Virus record (IMG/VR): IMGVR_UViG_3300020045_002296
Coordinates: 10,974-74,973 of that record
Origin: a virus
Lineage: Duplodnaviria; Caudoviricetes
Direction: 5' to 3' (one strand)
Length of the DNA stretch: 64,000 nt
Shown one piece after another: positions 19,038-29,203 of this stretch (within the stretch, counting starts at the first letter, position 1; every line of letters begins with the position of its first letter). The position numbers and the translations under genes are program-made. The notes under the pieces are model-generated. The model saw only the letters and a program-made list of their open reading frames with translations. It made no database searches and was not told the DNA's origin.

Positions 19038-19398
19038 AATACAGCAAGGTATAAAGTACGTAGAGACTCAGTTTAACTTCAGCTCTAAGAAACGCTCAGA
19101 GCTAGAAGCAGCTTGGAAACAATTAGGTAGAAAACCACAAGAACTCGTTGAGCTAGACAATGCTGTTCTGCCAGAAGCACTCACAGAAGTGTACCAGTGG
19201 TTTCTAGCCTTGAATAACAGACGTAACTCAGGTATGGGTGTATGTCCTATTCTGTTCACTGAGATGCTAGCTTTCTTCACTTTAATGGATATACAACCTC
19301 TCCCTTGGGAGATACAAGTACTTAGTGCTTTTGATAACACAGTCTTGAGTATATACCAAAAGCAACAAGAAGCCGAGCAAAAGAAAAACAAGAAGTAA
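19021..19398 (+). CDS. Tail assembly chaperone extension (T-like), reached by frameshift
   Basis: +1 frame open from about 18997 to 19398 without an upstream start or RBS; W.WFLAL...R..GMG..PI...WEI..L..FD. Confidence 0.7.
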   Translation, partial: AFAESEIQQGIKYVETQFNFSSKKRSELEAAWKQLGRKPQELVELDNAVLPEALTEVYQWFLALNNRRNSGMGVCPILFTEMLAFFTLMDIQPLPWEIQVLSAFDNTVLSIYQKQQEAEQKKNKK

Positions 19399-19407
19399 AA
19401 GTTAAAC

Positions 19408-19451
19408 CTAGAGACAACCTTGATGTTAACCACATCAGGGTCTTTCTTTTT
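19408..19451 (+). terminator. Rho-independent terminator-like hairpin
   Basis: ACCTTGATGT-TAACC-ACATCAGGGT followed by CTTTCTTTTT. Confidence 0.5.
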
Positions 19452-19506
19452 ATACATGGATTCCCTGTGTATAAACACAAAGACCACTTGAATCAAAGGA
19501 GACACT

Positions 19507-22500
19507 GTGGAATTAGATTCACTAAAATTTACAGTAGAGACAACAGCATTAGATGATGCTATTACGAAAGTTGGTACTCTGCAATTGGCAGTTAAGAAGC
19601 TGGGCTCTGATACTGCTTCCCCGTCAGCTCGACAAGCAGCTAAAGAACAAGCTCAGATTACTTTAGATCAAGTTAAAGCTGAGACCGCTTTGATTGAAGC
19701 TCGTGGTAAACAAGCTAAGGCTATCGAGAAACTCAGCGAACCTCAAGAGAAGCTAACGAAAGCAGCTAAGGATACAAACGCTGTTCTTGAACGTCAAGAG
19801 AAAATCTACGAGAACATGATTAATTACGGTTTGTCTAAAGGACAAGCCAGTACATTAGCAATGGCTCAAGCTCAAGATATTGCCGCTGATAGTGCTCAGA
19901 AGCTTATTGACGTAATGAAAGACACCCGTAAGTACGTTGGTGGAGATACATTCGACAAGAGTACTGCTGGTATGGTTGCTATGCAGAACCGTTACGAGAC
20001 TTTGCTTGTAGCTGCAAAGAACTACGCAGAAGGTTCTGTTTTAAATATCCGTCAAGCCCAAGATCTTGCTTTAGATACTGAGAGACTTGCTGCTAAGAAT
20101 CAGCTACTTGGTATTACAGGAGCAGACGCTACAGCTAGCATCAACGCAATGACCTCAGCGTTTAAAGCATTAGCTACTCAAGAAAATGAGCAATCCAGAG
20201 CCAATGACGCTCATGCAGCTTTAATTAAGAAGAACTCTGAGATTATGGCAGCAGCAGAAAGAGAGCGTGTAGAGGCTCATCTTAATTCTGGTCAGGTGCT
20301 TTTTGATACAGCTCAACTTAGATTAAAGCAAGATCAGCAGACTCATACAGCCATTATGAGTGAAATGAGTTCTTACTACAAGAATCTAGAAGCTCAAGAT
20401 GCAGCCCACGAAAAAGCTATGTCTAAGCAAACTAAAGCCCAAGTAGATACTACAGGTAATGCTGCGGTTGCTCTGTTTGTAAAAGACCAAGAGAAGAAAG
20501 CTAAAGCAGTTGAAAAATCAGTGAATGATCAAGCTAAGGCTTATGCTAAAGTAGAAGAAGCACTTGCCCGCTTAGATAACCGTATTGTGCAAATGTCAGG
20601 TCATGACCCTGTTAGTAAAACAGCAGCTAATGAGTTGTTCAATTTTGAGAAGCAATTGAAAGCTTCTGGAGTAGCTGCTGATACTGCTGCTAAACATCTA
20701 GAGTCATTCCGTGCTAAACAGAAGCAAATATCTGACTTAGCTAGCTCTGAGGAAATAAAGCGTATGGAGCATTTATCTCGTGCTCTTGCTCCACAGGTAA
20801 CTGATATTTCTGTTGGCTTACTGACAGGTCAGAATCCACTGACTATCTTCTTACAACAAGGTGGACAGATTCGAGATCAGATTGGCCTAAGCCAAGTAGC
20901 TACGGAGAACCTTGGTAAAGTATTCAAAGATACCTTTACTATGATGGGTACTATGGTAGCAGCAATGGGTAAAGCTCTTTTGTTATGGATGGCTACACCT
21001 ATTGGAATGGCAATTAGTGCTATTGCGGCTATTGGACTAGCGGCCTACGAAGCAAGTAAACTTTTATTTGCTTTTGAGAAACAGAATTTAGAGCTTGTTA
21101 AAACACTAGAGGTGTTTGGTAATGCTGCTGGTATGACTTCCGATAAGATAAGAGAAATATCTAGAGAAGCAGCATCTGTTGAAGGCGTAAGCTATAACAA
21201 AGCTGTATCGGCTCTGATTGAACTTTCAAAGACAAGTGAAGTGTCTGGAGAGATGTTTCTTGAGTTCGGTAAGAACGCTGCACTGTTTGAAAGGTATGCT
21301 GGAGTATCAGTTTCTGAAACTGCTAAACAGTATAAGGAGCTTGGTAAAGATCCTCTTAAAGCCGTTATGAAGTTAAGCGAAGAAACAGGATTCTTCACCG
21401 CAGTAATCGTTGAGCAAGTTGCAGAACTGGAGCGTCTAGGTAAAAAAGATGAAGCTGCTGCACTTGCACAGAAAACACTCTCAGATGCACAAGCCGCTTC
21501 TACCGCTAGAATGAAAGAGTCCCTCACAGGATTCTCTAAGTTTATGGATACAGTAGGGTCTGCCGCACAAAGCATGTGGGACAAGATAACAGGTGGAGCA
21601 GCAAAGGTATCTTACGGAGATCAAATCTCTAAGCTAAAATCCGATCTAAAAACACTTGAATTTGACAAGGCTATGTCTGGTGCTGGATTAGCTTCTGTTC
21701 TGTTTAGTGATCCAGCTATTAAGAAGAAAGAGCAAGAACTTGCAAAACTAGAGGCTCTACAGGCAAGGGATATTAAGTTAGCTCAAGATCAGCAAAAGAA
21801 CAAAGAACAAACTAAAGCCCAAGGCGACTTTGAAGCTTTCGTAAATAAAGTAAGAATTACACCAGAAAAGAAAGTTCAAGACAGTGCTTTAGCTCTGGAG
21901 TTAAGTAACAAGCTTATTCTAGCTGCTGAAGGAGACGTTGAAAAGATTCAGCAGATTATCCAGCGTAGAGACAAAGCTTTACATGATATTGAAACTGGTA
22001 AAAAAGGTGATAAGAAACCTAAAGAAGATTCCACGAGTGCTTTCTCAATCAGTTTAACCAACGAACTCCAACAGTACGAAAAGCAATATGCTATTGAGAT
22101 TAAGCTACAGGATGATTTTATTCGTCAGGAGAAAGCTAGACTTGATAACGCTCTAAGTGCTAAGGAAATCACTCAAGGTGAGTTCAATGCTAGAGATATT
22201 GCTGCTAGTGAAAAAGGATACACAGATAGACAAAAACTAAGTGATAGTTTCTACTCTGGGATTATCTCAAAGAACGAGAAGAATATCTCCGAGATGTCCA
22301 AGCAGTACTTACAATGGGTGAGTGAAAGCTCTGGTACACCTAAGTTCGCTGAGAAAAACGCAGAAGCAGTTGAAGAACTTCGTAAGAAGATTATCAATGC
22401 TAACAACGAAACCTCAGTGTTTATTGAGAAGATTCAAGCTAGTGCTACTGGCGCTAAAGAAACAGCATTTACTCGTTTCAGTAAACAGCTTAGTATCTTG

Positions 22501-25500
22501 AAAGGTGAGATCGTAGGTATCAACTTAGCTTACTCTGAGTACTTGCAATCAGAAGCTAATATAACTAAGCAGAAGCAGCAACAGATCTCTCTAGAGGATA
22601 AGCTGAGGTTTGCATCCCCAGAACAAGCAGCTTATATCAAGGCTTCAGCGGATGAAACTGAAAGGCTTACTAAACAAGTACAAGAGTACGATAAGCAAAT
22701 CAGAGCTGCTGAGTTATCGTTAAACGGTGCTTTGTCTGTTGCACAAGAGCAATATGTGGCTACTGGTGAAGTTACAGAACAAACGCAGAAGCTTCTGGAT
22801 AAAGAGCAAGAGCGCTATAACTTGTTAGTCAAGACTAAGGGTTTAATTGAAAGTACATCAAGTGCTAAAGTTGCTGTTGCCGGTCAAGATGCTCAGTTGA
22901 AGTACCAAAAAGACCAAATGAAAGCTCTTAGCGATTCAGTTTCTGGAGCTATCGAGCTTGGTCTGTACGAAGGCGGTGATGCTGGTAGCAAAGCTCTTAG
23001 GAAGATCATTGAAGCTGAACTTCGTAAACCTATTACTATTTTCATCAAAGCAGTTGTTGGAGATATTCTAGGAGGTTCTGTAGCAGGAGGTTCAACATCT
23101 CTGGTAAGCTCACTAGGTTCTGCTGTATCTTCATCTAGTTTATTCTCTGAAGGTGGTTCTCTGGCAGGAGCTGGAGTATTTGCAAGCAAACTAGGTGCTG
23201 GTATAGCTAATGGTTTTGCAAGCACAATGGCAGGAGCATCTGTATCAAGCACATTAGGTGTAGGATCAACAGTTGGTGGTGCCGCAGGAGCTGGCCTAGG
23301 GATTGGAGCTGTTGCACCCTATGCCTTAGCTGCCCTAGCTGTATATTCTTTAATGAAAGATAACGGTGGAACACCGACAGCTACAACTGGTGATGCTAAT
23401 ATATCATTTGGTTCAAAAGGTGATATAACTAGTCGCAAAACATCTTCAGATTACTTCTGGGGTGGTAGCATGACAAAGGCTGCTGATGACTTTGTTCTTA
23501 ATTTAAATAAGACCTATCTTGATACTGCGAAGAACTTAGGTATTGCTGCTGTAGATACTTACTTCTCTTATAGTGGGAACACAGGTGAGAACGGTTCTAA
23601 ACCTAACTTTGCCATAAGATCTTCCGCAGGTAATCAGACATACAGCAGCGGAGAAACATCTCTAAGTGATACAGCAGTTAGTCTTGCAGCTTCACGTGCT
23701 GTATTGAATGCTCTACAGAAGTCAGACCTTCCTAAATATCTTTCTGGTGTTTTTGATGGTATTACTGTGTCTAGTATGACTCAAGAGCAGATTACTTCTA
23801 GTCTAGCTGGAGCTACAGCACTGAAAGAGTTCCATGACCAACTACAGTTGCTTCCGTTTCAATCTCTGAAAGACCTCAGCTATACAGCAACAGAAGCACT
23901 GAAATACTTCAGTGGTGGTCTTGATAAGTTCGGTACTAACCTCGGTACTTACTATGATAAGTTCTATACTGCTGAAGAAAAGAACACTGTGTTACTTAAT
24001 AACACAAAGAAAGCTTTTGAAGACTTAGGTCTAGTACTACCAGATATTAACGATAAGACACGTGCAAACTACAGAGCTATGGTCGATGAATTATCAGCCA
24101 AGGACTTGAGCATCTCTAAGAACGCTGCAGCTTATGCTGGTGTACTACAGTTAGCTGACTCTGTAGATAAATTAGCACCGGCTTTAGACAAAACATCTAC
24201 TGCTATTGTAGATACTGTAAAGATTCTACAAGACGCTGCTAACGAAGCTATAGCAACTAATAACAAGCTACTACAAGACAGACTACAGAGTGCTACAGAT
24301 CAGGCTAATGCTGCAATGAGTGCTCTAACCAAGAGTGTTCAAGCACAGAAAGATGCTAATGCTACTTTACTAAGTACACAATCAGATGCTATTCAACTTA
24401 GCTTAGATGGTGTATCTAGTAGTATTTCTAAACTGAAGGAACTATCCTCTAGTTTGAAATCCACATTAGACGGTATGAGAATTACTGGTTCTGAGGGGGG
24501 TTACAGATTAAGTGCTCAAGAGCAAATTCGACAAGCATTACTGAAAGCTAGATCAGGTGGGGGACTTCCTTTAGACGGTCAACTAACAAGTGCTCTAGCT
24601 ACAGTAAGTAAACCTTCAGAGAATTTGTTTGGAAGCTTTGAGGATTATGCTAGGGATTTCTATAGAACTGCTAATGATATTTCTGACTTGAACGATTTAA
24701 CTAATAAGCAATTAACAGAAAATGAAGTCACACAAGGGATATTAAATAAACAACTCAAGGAGATTAAAGCTGGTTTTGATACCGAGAACAAAGCGCTTGA
24801 TGATATTCTAAAGAATGCACAACTACAACTTGATGCTGCTAATGGTTTAGATGTGACAATCAGAACTGTAACAGAATCACTAAAGAGTTTCGGTGATGCT
24901 ATCTTGAAGCTAACATCAGAAAGAGCTACTCAGGATTTAGCTACCTCAAGAGGTGTTACGTATACCAAAGAGGATATTCTAGCAGCAGTTAAAGCTTCGT
25001 TAGAAGCTGGTGGATCAGTAGCTGACATTTATAAAGCTGCTGCACTGAAGTTTGGTGTAGGCGCTAGTACGATTACAGAAGCTACTACTGGAAGTGGACT
25101 AGTTGGTTTCAACCAGACACCTACTAAGTACTCTCCAGAGGAAATCCTATCAGCGGTTAAAGCTTCGTTATCTCAAGGAGCTACAGTAGCTGACATTTAT
25201 AAAGCTGCTTATGACAAGTTCGGTGTAACAACCGCTCAAGTTAATTCAGCAGTACAAGGTCAGGGTTTAAGTGGTTTTACTACTGGAGCTGCTACAGGTA
25301 CCCAATTCTCACAAGATCAGATGGCAGCATGGTTAAGTCAGGCTAATGCTGCTGGTTGGTCCGTTGCTGAAATGTACAACAGAGCTTTAAGTGACTACGG
25401 TGTTAGTAATAGCACTTTAGCACAAGTAGGACATGCTGTAGGTATTCCTGGGTTCGCTGTAGGTACTAACTACGTTCCTTATGATATGACTGCTAATATC

Positions 25501-25737
25501 CATAAAGGTGAGCGTATTATTCCAGCAGCAGATAATTTAATGCTCATGGACACACTTAGTAGAGTTAGCTATAACCAACAAGGATCAAACGATTCAGAAC
25601 TTAAAGAGGAACTAAACGATATGAAAATCCTATTGAAATCAGCTTTGGATAAAATCGCTGATAATACTAAACAGACTGCTGATCTACTGGATGCTGTTAC
25701 AGCAGGTGGTAATGCAATGTTAACAGAAGTAGCTTAA
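19507..25737 (+). CDS. Tape measure protein
   Basis: 2076 aa, Ala-rich helical; lambda-type QVTDI..GL.TGQNP.TIFLQQGGQIRD motif; C-terminal PGFAVGTNYVP.DM.A.IHKGERIIP. Confidence 0.95.
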   Translation: MELDSLKFTVETTALDDAITKVGTLQLAVKKLGSDTASPSARQAAKEQAQITLDQVKAETALIEARGKQAKAIEKLSEPQEKLTKAAKDTNAVLERQEKIYENMINYGLSKGQASTLAMAQAQDIAADSAQKLIDVMKDTRKYVGGDTFDKSTAGMVAMQNRYETLLVAAKNYAEGSVLNIRQAQDLALDTERLAAKNQLLGITGADATASINAMTSAFKALATQENEQSRANDAHAALIKKNSEIMAAAERERVEAHLNSGQVLFDTAQLRLKQDQQTHTAIMSEMSSYYKNLEAQDAAHEKAMSKQTKAQVDTTGNAAVALFVKDQEKKAKAVEKSVNDQAKAYAKVEEALARLDNRIVQMSGHDPVSKTAANELFNFEKQLKASGVAADTAAKHLESFRAKQKQISDLASSEEIKRMEHLSRALAPQVTDISVGLLTGQNPLTIFLQQGGQIRDQIGLSQVATENLGKVFKDTFTMMGTMVAAMGKALLLWMATPIGMAISAIAAIGLAAYEASKLLFAFEKQNLELVKTLEVFGNAAGMTSDKIREISREAASVEGVSYNKAVSALIELSKTSEVSGEMFLEFGKNAALFERYAGVSVSETAKQYKELGKDPLKAVMKLSEETGFFTAVIVEQVAELERLGKKDEAAALAQKTLSDAQAASTARMKESLTGFSKFMDTVGSAAQSMWDKITGGAAKVSYGDQISKLKSDLKTLEFDKAMSGAGLASVLFSDPAIKKKEQELAKLEALQARDIKLAQDQQKNKEQTKAQGDFEAFVNKVRITPEKKVQDSALALELSNKLILAAEGDVEKIQQIIQRRDKALHDIETGKKGDKKPKEDSTSAFSISLTNELQQYEKQYAIEIKLQDDFIRQEKARLDNALSAKEITQGEFNARDIAASEKGYTDRQKLSDSFYSGIISKNEKNISEMSKQYLQWVSESSGTPKFAEKNAEAVEELRKKIINANNETSVFIEKIQASATGAKETAFTRFSKQLSILKGEIVGINLAYSEYLQSEANITKQKQQQISLEDKLRFASPEQAAYIKASADETERLTKQVQEYDKQIRAAELSLNGALSVAQEQYVATGEVTEQTQKLLDKEQERYNLLVKTKGLIESTSSAKVAVAGQDAQLKYQKDQMKALSDSVSGAIELGLYEGGDAGSKALRKIIEAELRKPITIFIKAVVGDILGGSVAGGSTSLVSSLGSAVSSSSLFSEGGSLAGAGVFASKLGAGIANGFASTMAGASVSSTLGVGSTVGGAAGAGLGIGAVAPYALAALAVYSLMKDNGGTPTATTGDANISFGSKGDITSRKTSSDYFWGGSMTKAADDFVLNLNKTYLDTAKNLGIAAVDTYFSYSGNTGENGSKPNFAIRSSAGNQTYSSGETSLSDTAVSLAASRAVLNALQKSDLPKYLSGVFDGITVSSMTQEQITSSLAGATALKEFHDQLQLLPFQSLKDLSYTATEALKYFSGGLDKFGTNLGTYYDKFYTAEEKNTVLLNNTKKAFEDLGLVLPDINDKTRANYRAMVDELSAKDLSISKNAAAYAGVLQLADSVDKLAPALDKTSTAIVDTVKILQDAANEAIATNNKLLQDRLQSATDQANAAMSALTKSVQAQKDANATLLSTQSDAIQLSLDGVSSSISKLKELSSSLKSTLDGMRITGSEGGYRLSAQEQIRQALLKARSGGGLPLDGQLTSALATVSKPSENLFGSFEDYARDFYRTANDISDLNDLTNKQLTENEVTQGILNKQLKEIKAGFDTENKALDDILKNAQLQLDAANGLDVTIRTVTESLKSFGDAILKLTSERATQDLATSRGVTYTKEDILAAVKASLEAGGSVADIYKAAALKFGVGASTITEATTGSGLVGFNQTPTKYSPEEILSAVKASLSQGATVADIYKAAYDKFGVTTAQVNSAVQGQGLSGFTTGAATGTQFSQDQMAAWLSQANAAGWSVAEMYNRALSDYGVSNSTLAQVGHAVGIPGFAVGTNYVPYDMTANIHKGERIIPAADNLMLMDTLSRVSYNQQGSNDSELKEELNDMKILLKSALDKIADNTKQTADLLDAVTAGGNAMLTEVA

Positions 25738-25740
25738 CCA

Positions 25741-26661
25741 ATGGCATCTCTTAGTGTACTAGCCCCAGTCACTATTGTAGATGCTTTACTAACCAGCAGT
25801 ACAGCCCCTGAAACGGACTACGCTGTTTGGTTAGTAGGTAGTACTTATGCTGTTGGTAACAGAGTTATCTCAACAGTTACGCATAGGATTTATGAATCCT
25901 TACGGGCAAGTAACATAGGTCATGATCCTACTGATATTTTAAATAGAACTGGTACAACACCTTGGTGGCTAGATGTAGGACCAACCAACAGATACGCAAT
26001 GTTTGATGGTGAAGCTAGTACACAAACAGTTATTGCATCTCCTCTTACAGTTGTACTTCATCCCGGAGCATTCAACAGTGTTTACTTAGCAGGATTAGAC
26101 GGAGATGCCCTTAGTATCACTGTTAAGGATTCTCCCGGTGGAAGTACTATTTATACTTATACAGGAGATTTAGAAGCCTCTGAACCCCCTGATTATTATG
26201 AGTATTTCTTTGATAGATTTCAACCTCAAACTGACTTCTTAGCTAGTGATATACCATCTTATATCAATGCAGAACTAACTGTTAGTATAACAAAAGTAAC
26301 AGGTAGTGTTAAATGCGGGGTACTTGCTCTTGGTGATCTAAGACCACTGGGGTTAACACAGTACGGTGCTAAAGCTAAACCAAAGACTTACAGTTATATC
26401 AAGATTGATGAGTTTGGTAATAACGTAATTAAACGTAGAAAGTCAGCTAAAGATATGAGCGCGAGTTCTTTTGTGAAAATAGAAGAAGCTAACCTTGTTT
26501 TAGATACTATTACAGAATTACTAGATGTACCTTGTGTGTGGATAGGTACAGATATTCAAGAATATTCAGGCTTACGAGTTTATGGACTAGGGTCAGCAGA
26601 ACTTTCTTATGATCAACCTCAAGTGGCTACTTTGAACTTAACAGTGCAAGGTTTAATTTAA
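25741..26661 (+). CDS. Tail tip / distal tail protein
   Basis: Directly after TMP; N-terminal W..GSTYAVG.RV carbohydrate-binding-like motif. Confidence 0.6.
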   Translation: MASLSVLAPVTIVDALLTSSTAPETDYAVWLVGSTYAVGNRVISTVTHRIYESLRASNIGHDPTDILNRTGTTPWWLDVGPTNRYAMFDGEASTQTVIASPLTVVLHPGAFNSVYLAGLDGDALSITVKDSPGGSTIYTYTGDLEASEPPDYYEYFFDRFQPQTDFLASDIPSYINAELTVSITKVTGSVKCGVLALGDLRPLGLTQYGAKAKPKTYSYIKIDEFGNNVIKRRKSAKDMSASSFVKIEEANLVLDTITELLDVPCVWIGTDIQEYSGLRVYGLGSAELSYDQPQVATLNLTVQGLI

Positions 26662-26716
26662 CATCAAGCAAAGCCTTTCACGCTTTGCGCCAGACAAACA
26701 CTAAATAAAGGATAAC

Positions 26717-27667
26717 ATGGCAGTAATTACACCTCCAAGTATAACACCAGCGCCAACACCTGCACCTCAACGAAACGACAGAACTACGTTCTCTAGTAGG
26801 GTTGATGCTTTTGTTACGTGGCTGATTACAGCAGTAACAGAGTTCGGTGCTGTAGCGACTAATGTAGCATTGAATGCAACTGATGCAGCTACGTCAGCTA
26901 GTACAGCCAGTACACAAGCTGCTAATGCTAGTAATTCTGCTGGAACAGCTACTACAAAAGCCTCAGAGGCTGCTGCAAGTGCTGTTTTAGCTGCTAATTT
27001 AACAGAAGCATACCAAGGTGCACTAGGAAGTGACCCTACCTTAGATCGTCACGGAAATGCTCTAACGGCAGGTGATTGGTATACTAATTCAACTACAGGA
27101 TTTATCAGAGCTTATACAGGTTCTGCATGGGTTAATGGTTTAACTGCTATAGCTGGTGTAACTAGTATAAACGGATACACAGGAGTTGTTACTGGTATTG
27201 TTGATTTAAGTACAGCTCAGACGTTAAGTAACAAGACGCTCTCGGCAGCTACAAACAACGTTGAAGCACGGTCACTTAAAAGCGCTACAACAACGGTAGA
27301 CGTGTCTAGCGCAGCTGCGCCGACAGCGGGGCAAGTGCTGACAGCGACAAGTGGGACAGCTGCTACATGGCAAACAGTGGGTACCGGTACCGGTACACTC
27401 ACAGACGTAAAAGCCAGTCGCGCAGCGTCAACGACATACACAAATTCAGGCGCAACGACGCGCTGGGTGTTAGCCACTGGTAATTGCTCTCCTTCGGTGT
27501 GGGCCTCCTTTGTAGCGACCGTCGGCGGGGTTGAGCGAACATACAACGCTACAACATCAGGGACGACAGGTTCTACGCTTCCGGTCATATTTCCAGTACC
27601 GCCTGGCGCTACGTACAGCATTGCAATCAATAACTGCACGATTTTCCATTGGCATGAATTTCAATAA
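26717..27667 (+). CDS. Tail fibre / receptor-binding protein
   Basis: Ala/Thr/Ser-rich stalk, GDWYTN, VTSING, QTLSNKTL motifs; GC-rich C-terminal half. Confidence 0.7.
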   Translation: MAVITPPSITPAPTPAPQRNDRTTFSSRVDAFVTWLITAVTEFGAVATNVALNATDAATSASTASTQAANASNSAGTATTKASEAAASAVLAANLTEAYQGALGSDPTLDRHGNALTAGDWYTNSTTGFIRAYTGSAWVNGLTAIAGVTSINGYTGVVTGIVDLSTAQTLSNKTLSAATNNVEARSLKSATTTVDVSSAAAPTAGQVLTATSGTAATWQTVGTGTGTLTDVKASRAASTTYTNSGATTRWVLATGNCSPSVWASFVATVGGVERTYNATTSGTTGSTLPVIFPVPPGATYSIAINNCTIFHWHEFQ

Positions 27668-27678
27668 TCGGGGAACAC

Positions 27679-28164
27679 ATGAAATACTTTATTGATGCGG
27701 CGCTTCAAACCTTCGCCTTTGAAGACTCCGACACTGACGAATTCATTGCGCAGTATGCACAACCGGAATGGGTACCAGTCTCGAATATTCCGGTTGATCC
27801 ACCCAAGCCAGCAATTGATCCAATCACTCAAGCTGTTGTTCGTGATGGCTGCGAATTTGTGGACGGGCAGTGGCGGTACAAATGGCGGGTGGATCAACTC
27901 TCCCCCGAGCAGATTGAGGCTGTCCGAAAAGCAGCCGTCCCAGCATCAGTGAGCCCGCGACAAATCCGCCAAGCACTTACCCGTATTGGGTGGCGCTCAT
28001 CGGTAGAGGCCGCAGTGCTGGCTGGAGACCATGATACTAAAGACTGGTGGGAGTTTGCTACAGTGTTTGAACGTAATCATCCAAAGGTAGTATCTATGGG
28101 GCTCGCTCTTAATCAGAGTCCGTTACAAATGGATGACTTGTTTACACTAGCAGGAACACTATAA
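27679..28164 (+). CDS. Tail fibre assembly-like protein
   Basis: Follows the fibre gene; VPASVSPRQIRQAL...WEFATVFERNHP. Confidence 0.55.
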   Translation: MKYFIDAALQTFAFEDSDTDEFIAQYAQPEWVPVSNIPVDPPKPAIDPITQAVVRDGCEFVDGQWRYKWRVDQLSPEQIEAVRKAAVPASVSPRQIRQALTRIGWRSSVEAAVLAGDHDTKDWWEFATVFERNHPKVVSMGLALNQSPLQMDDLFTLAGTL

Positions 28165-28167
28165 CCC

Positions 28168-28410
28168 ATGTGCTGTCTTAAAAACGTAGCCATAGGTATA
28201 GATCAACTTCTCAACACTATATTAGAAGGTTTACCAGATGAAACACTATCAAGTAGAGCTTACCGAACGGAACAAACTGGGGCAATACTAGGGAAGTTCT
28301 TTAGACCTTTAATTGATGGTATTTTATTCTGGGATGCTCAACACTGTTATCACTCTTACTTATCTGAGATTAACAGAAAGCAAACCTTTAGACAGGATGA
28401 ACTTAAATGA
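28168..28410 (+). CDS. Conserved small phage protein
   Basis: NVAIGIDQLLNT..G.PDETLSSRAYR motif common next to tail-fibre genes. Confidence 0.6.
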   Translation: MCCLKNVAIGIDQLLNTILEGLPDETLSSRAYRTEQTGAILGKFFRPLIDGILFWDAQHCYHSYLSEINRKQTFRQDELK

Positions 28411-28844
28411 CTAAACATAAACTCCTAAAAGAACTCTCACATACTTTATGGGATAGTGACTTACTTGTATCTAGGATTACATTAGCTATTGCTGAATTCT
28501 CATGGGCTGTTATGTTACTTTGGCCCGGTGAGACTTTTGATCGTAAGATATATTCAACAATGGCTTTATTTACTACAGAAGAAGTATGGGGATTTGTATT
28601 CCTAGCTAGCGCAGTTATTCAAGTATATATTGTTTTAAGCGGTAGTATACACAGCAAACTATCTGAGTTATTCGCAGGATGGAACGCAGTATTCTGGATA
28701 GCCGCTATGGTTAGCTTGCTGTTGTCTATGAAGTACCCAGCTAGTGCTACATTAAGTGGAAATATTGCAGTATCTTGTGTAGCTGTTTGGATATGGATTA
28801 GACCTTTTATTTTAAAGAGAGGATACAAACGTGCAGGATATTAA
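28407..28844 (+). CDS. Multi-pass membrane protein (lysis region)
   Basis: About four hydrophobic segments. Confidence 0.55.
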   Translation: MTKHKLLKELSHTLWDSDLLVSRITLAIAEFSWAVMLLWPGETFDRKIYSTMALFTTEEVWGFVFLASAVIQVYIVLSGSIHSKLSELFAGWNAVFWIAAMVSLLLSMKYPASATLSGNIAVSCVAVWIWIRPFILKRGYKRAGY

Positions 28845-29142
28845 CGGTGTACCTCAAAGACGATCAAGTGATGTTTTAGTCAATAACACTTTAGATGAAA
28901 TCCTACAGAAACTAAATGAGATTCAACAGAAACAACTAGAGTATTCAAGTGCTTTTACACTAGATGACTTAGGTAAACCTGATTTCTCTGGACACAGGAA
29001 GAAGCACATATCTATGGACAAAGCCCACGAACTAATGGATAAGTACAAGACAGATGCCACAAAACGATTCATTGACATTTTCGTAAGCGCTTTCTGTACT
29101 TTGTTACTTGCTGGTTTATTCGCTTATTTAAAGCTACACTAA
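28831..29142 (+). CDS. Putative holin or antiholin-like protein
   Basis: Single C-terminal TM segment, upstream of the endolysin. Confidence 0.4.
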   Translation: MQDINGVPQRRSSDVLVNNTLDEILQKLNEIQQKQLEYSSAFTLDDLGKPDFSGHRKKHISMDKAHELMDKYKTDATKRFIDIFVSAFCTLLLAGLFAYLKLH

Positions 29143-29203
29143 ATAAAGGAACATATGTTTTTAATTCTACCTTATCTTCTTATTCAGGACTGGACTAACC
29201 TAG

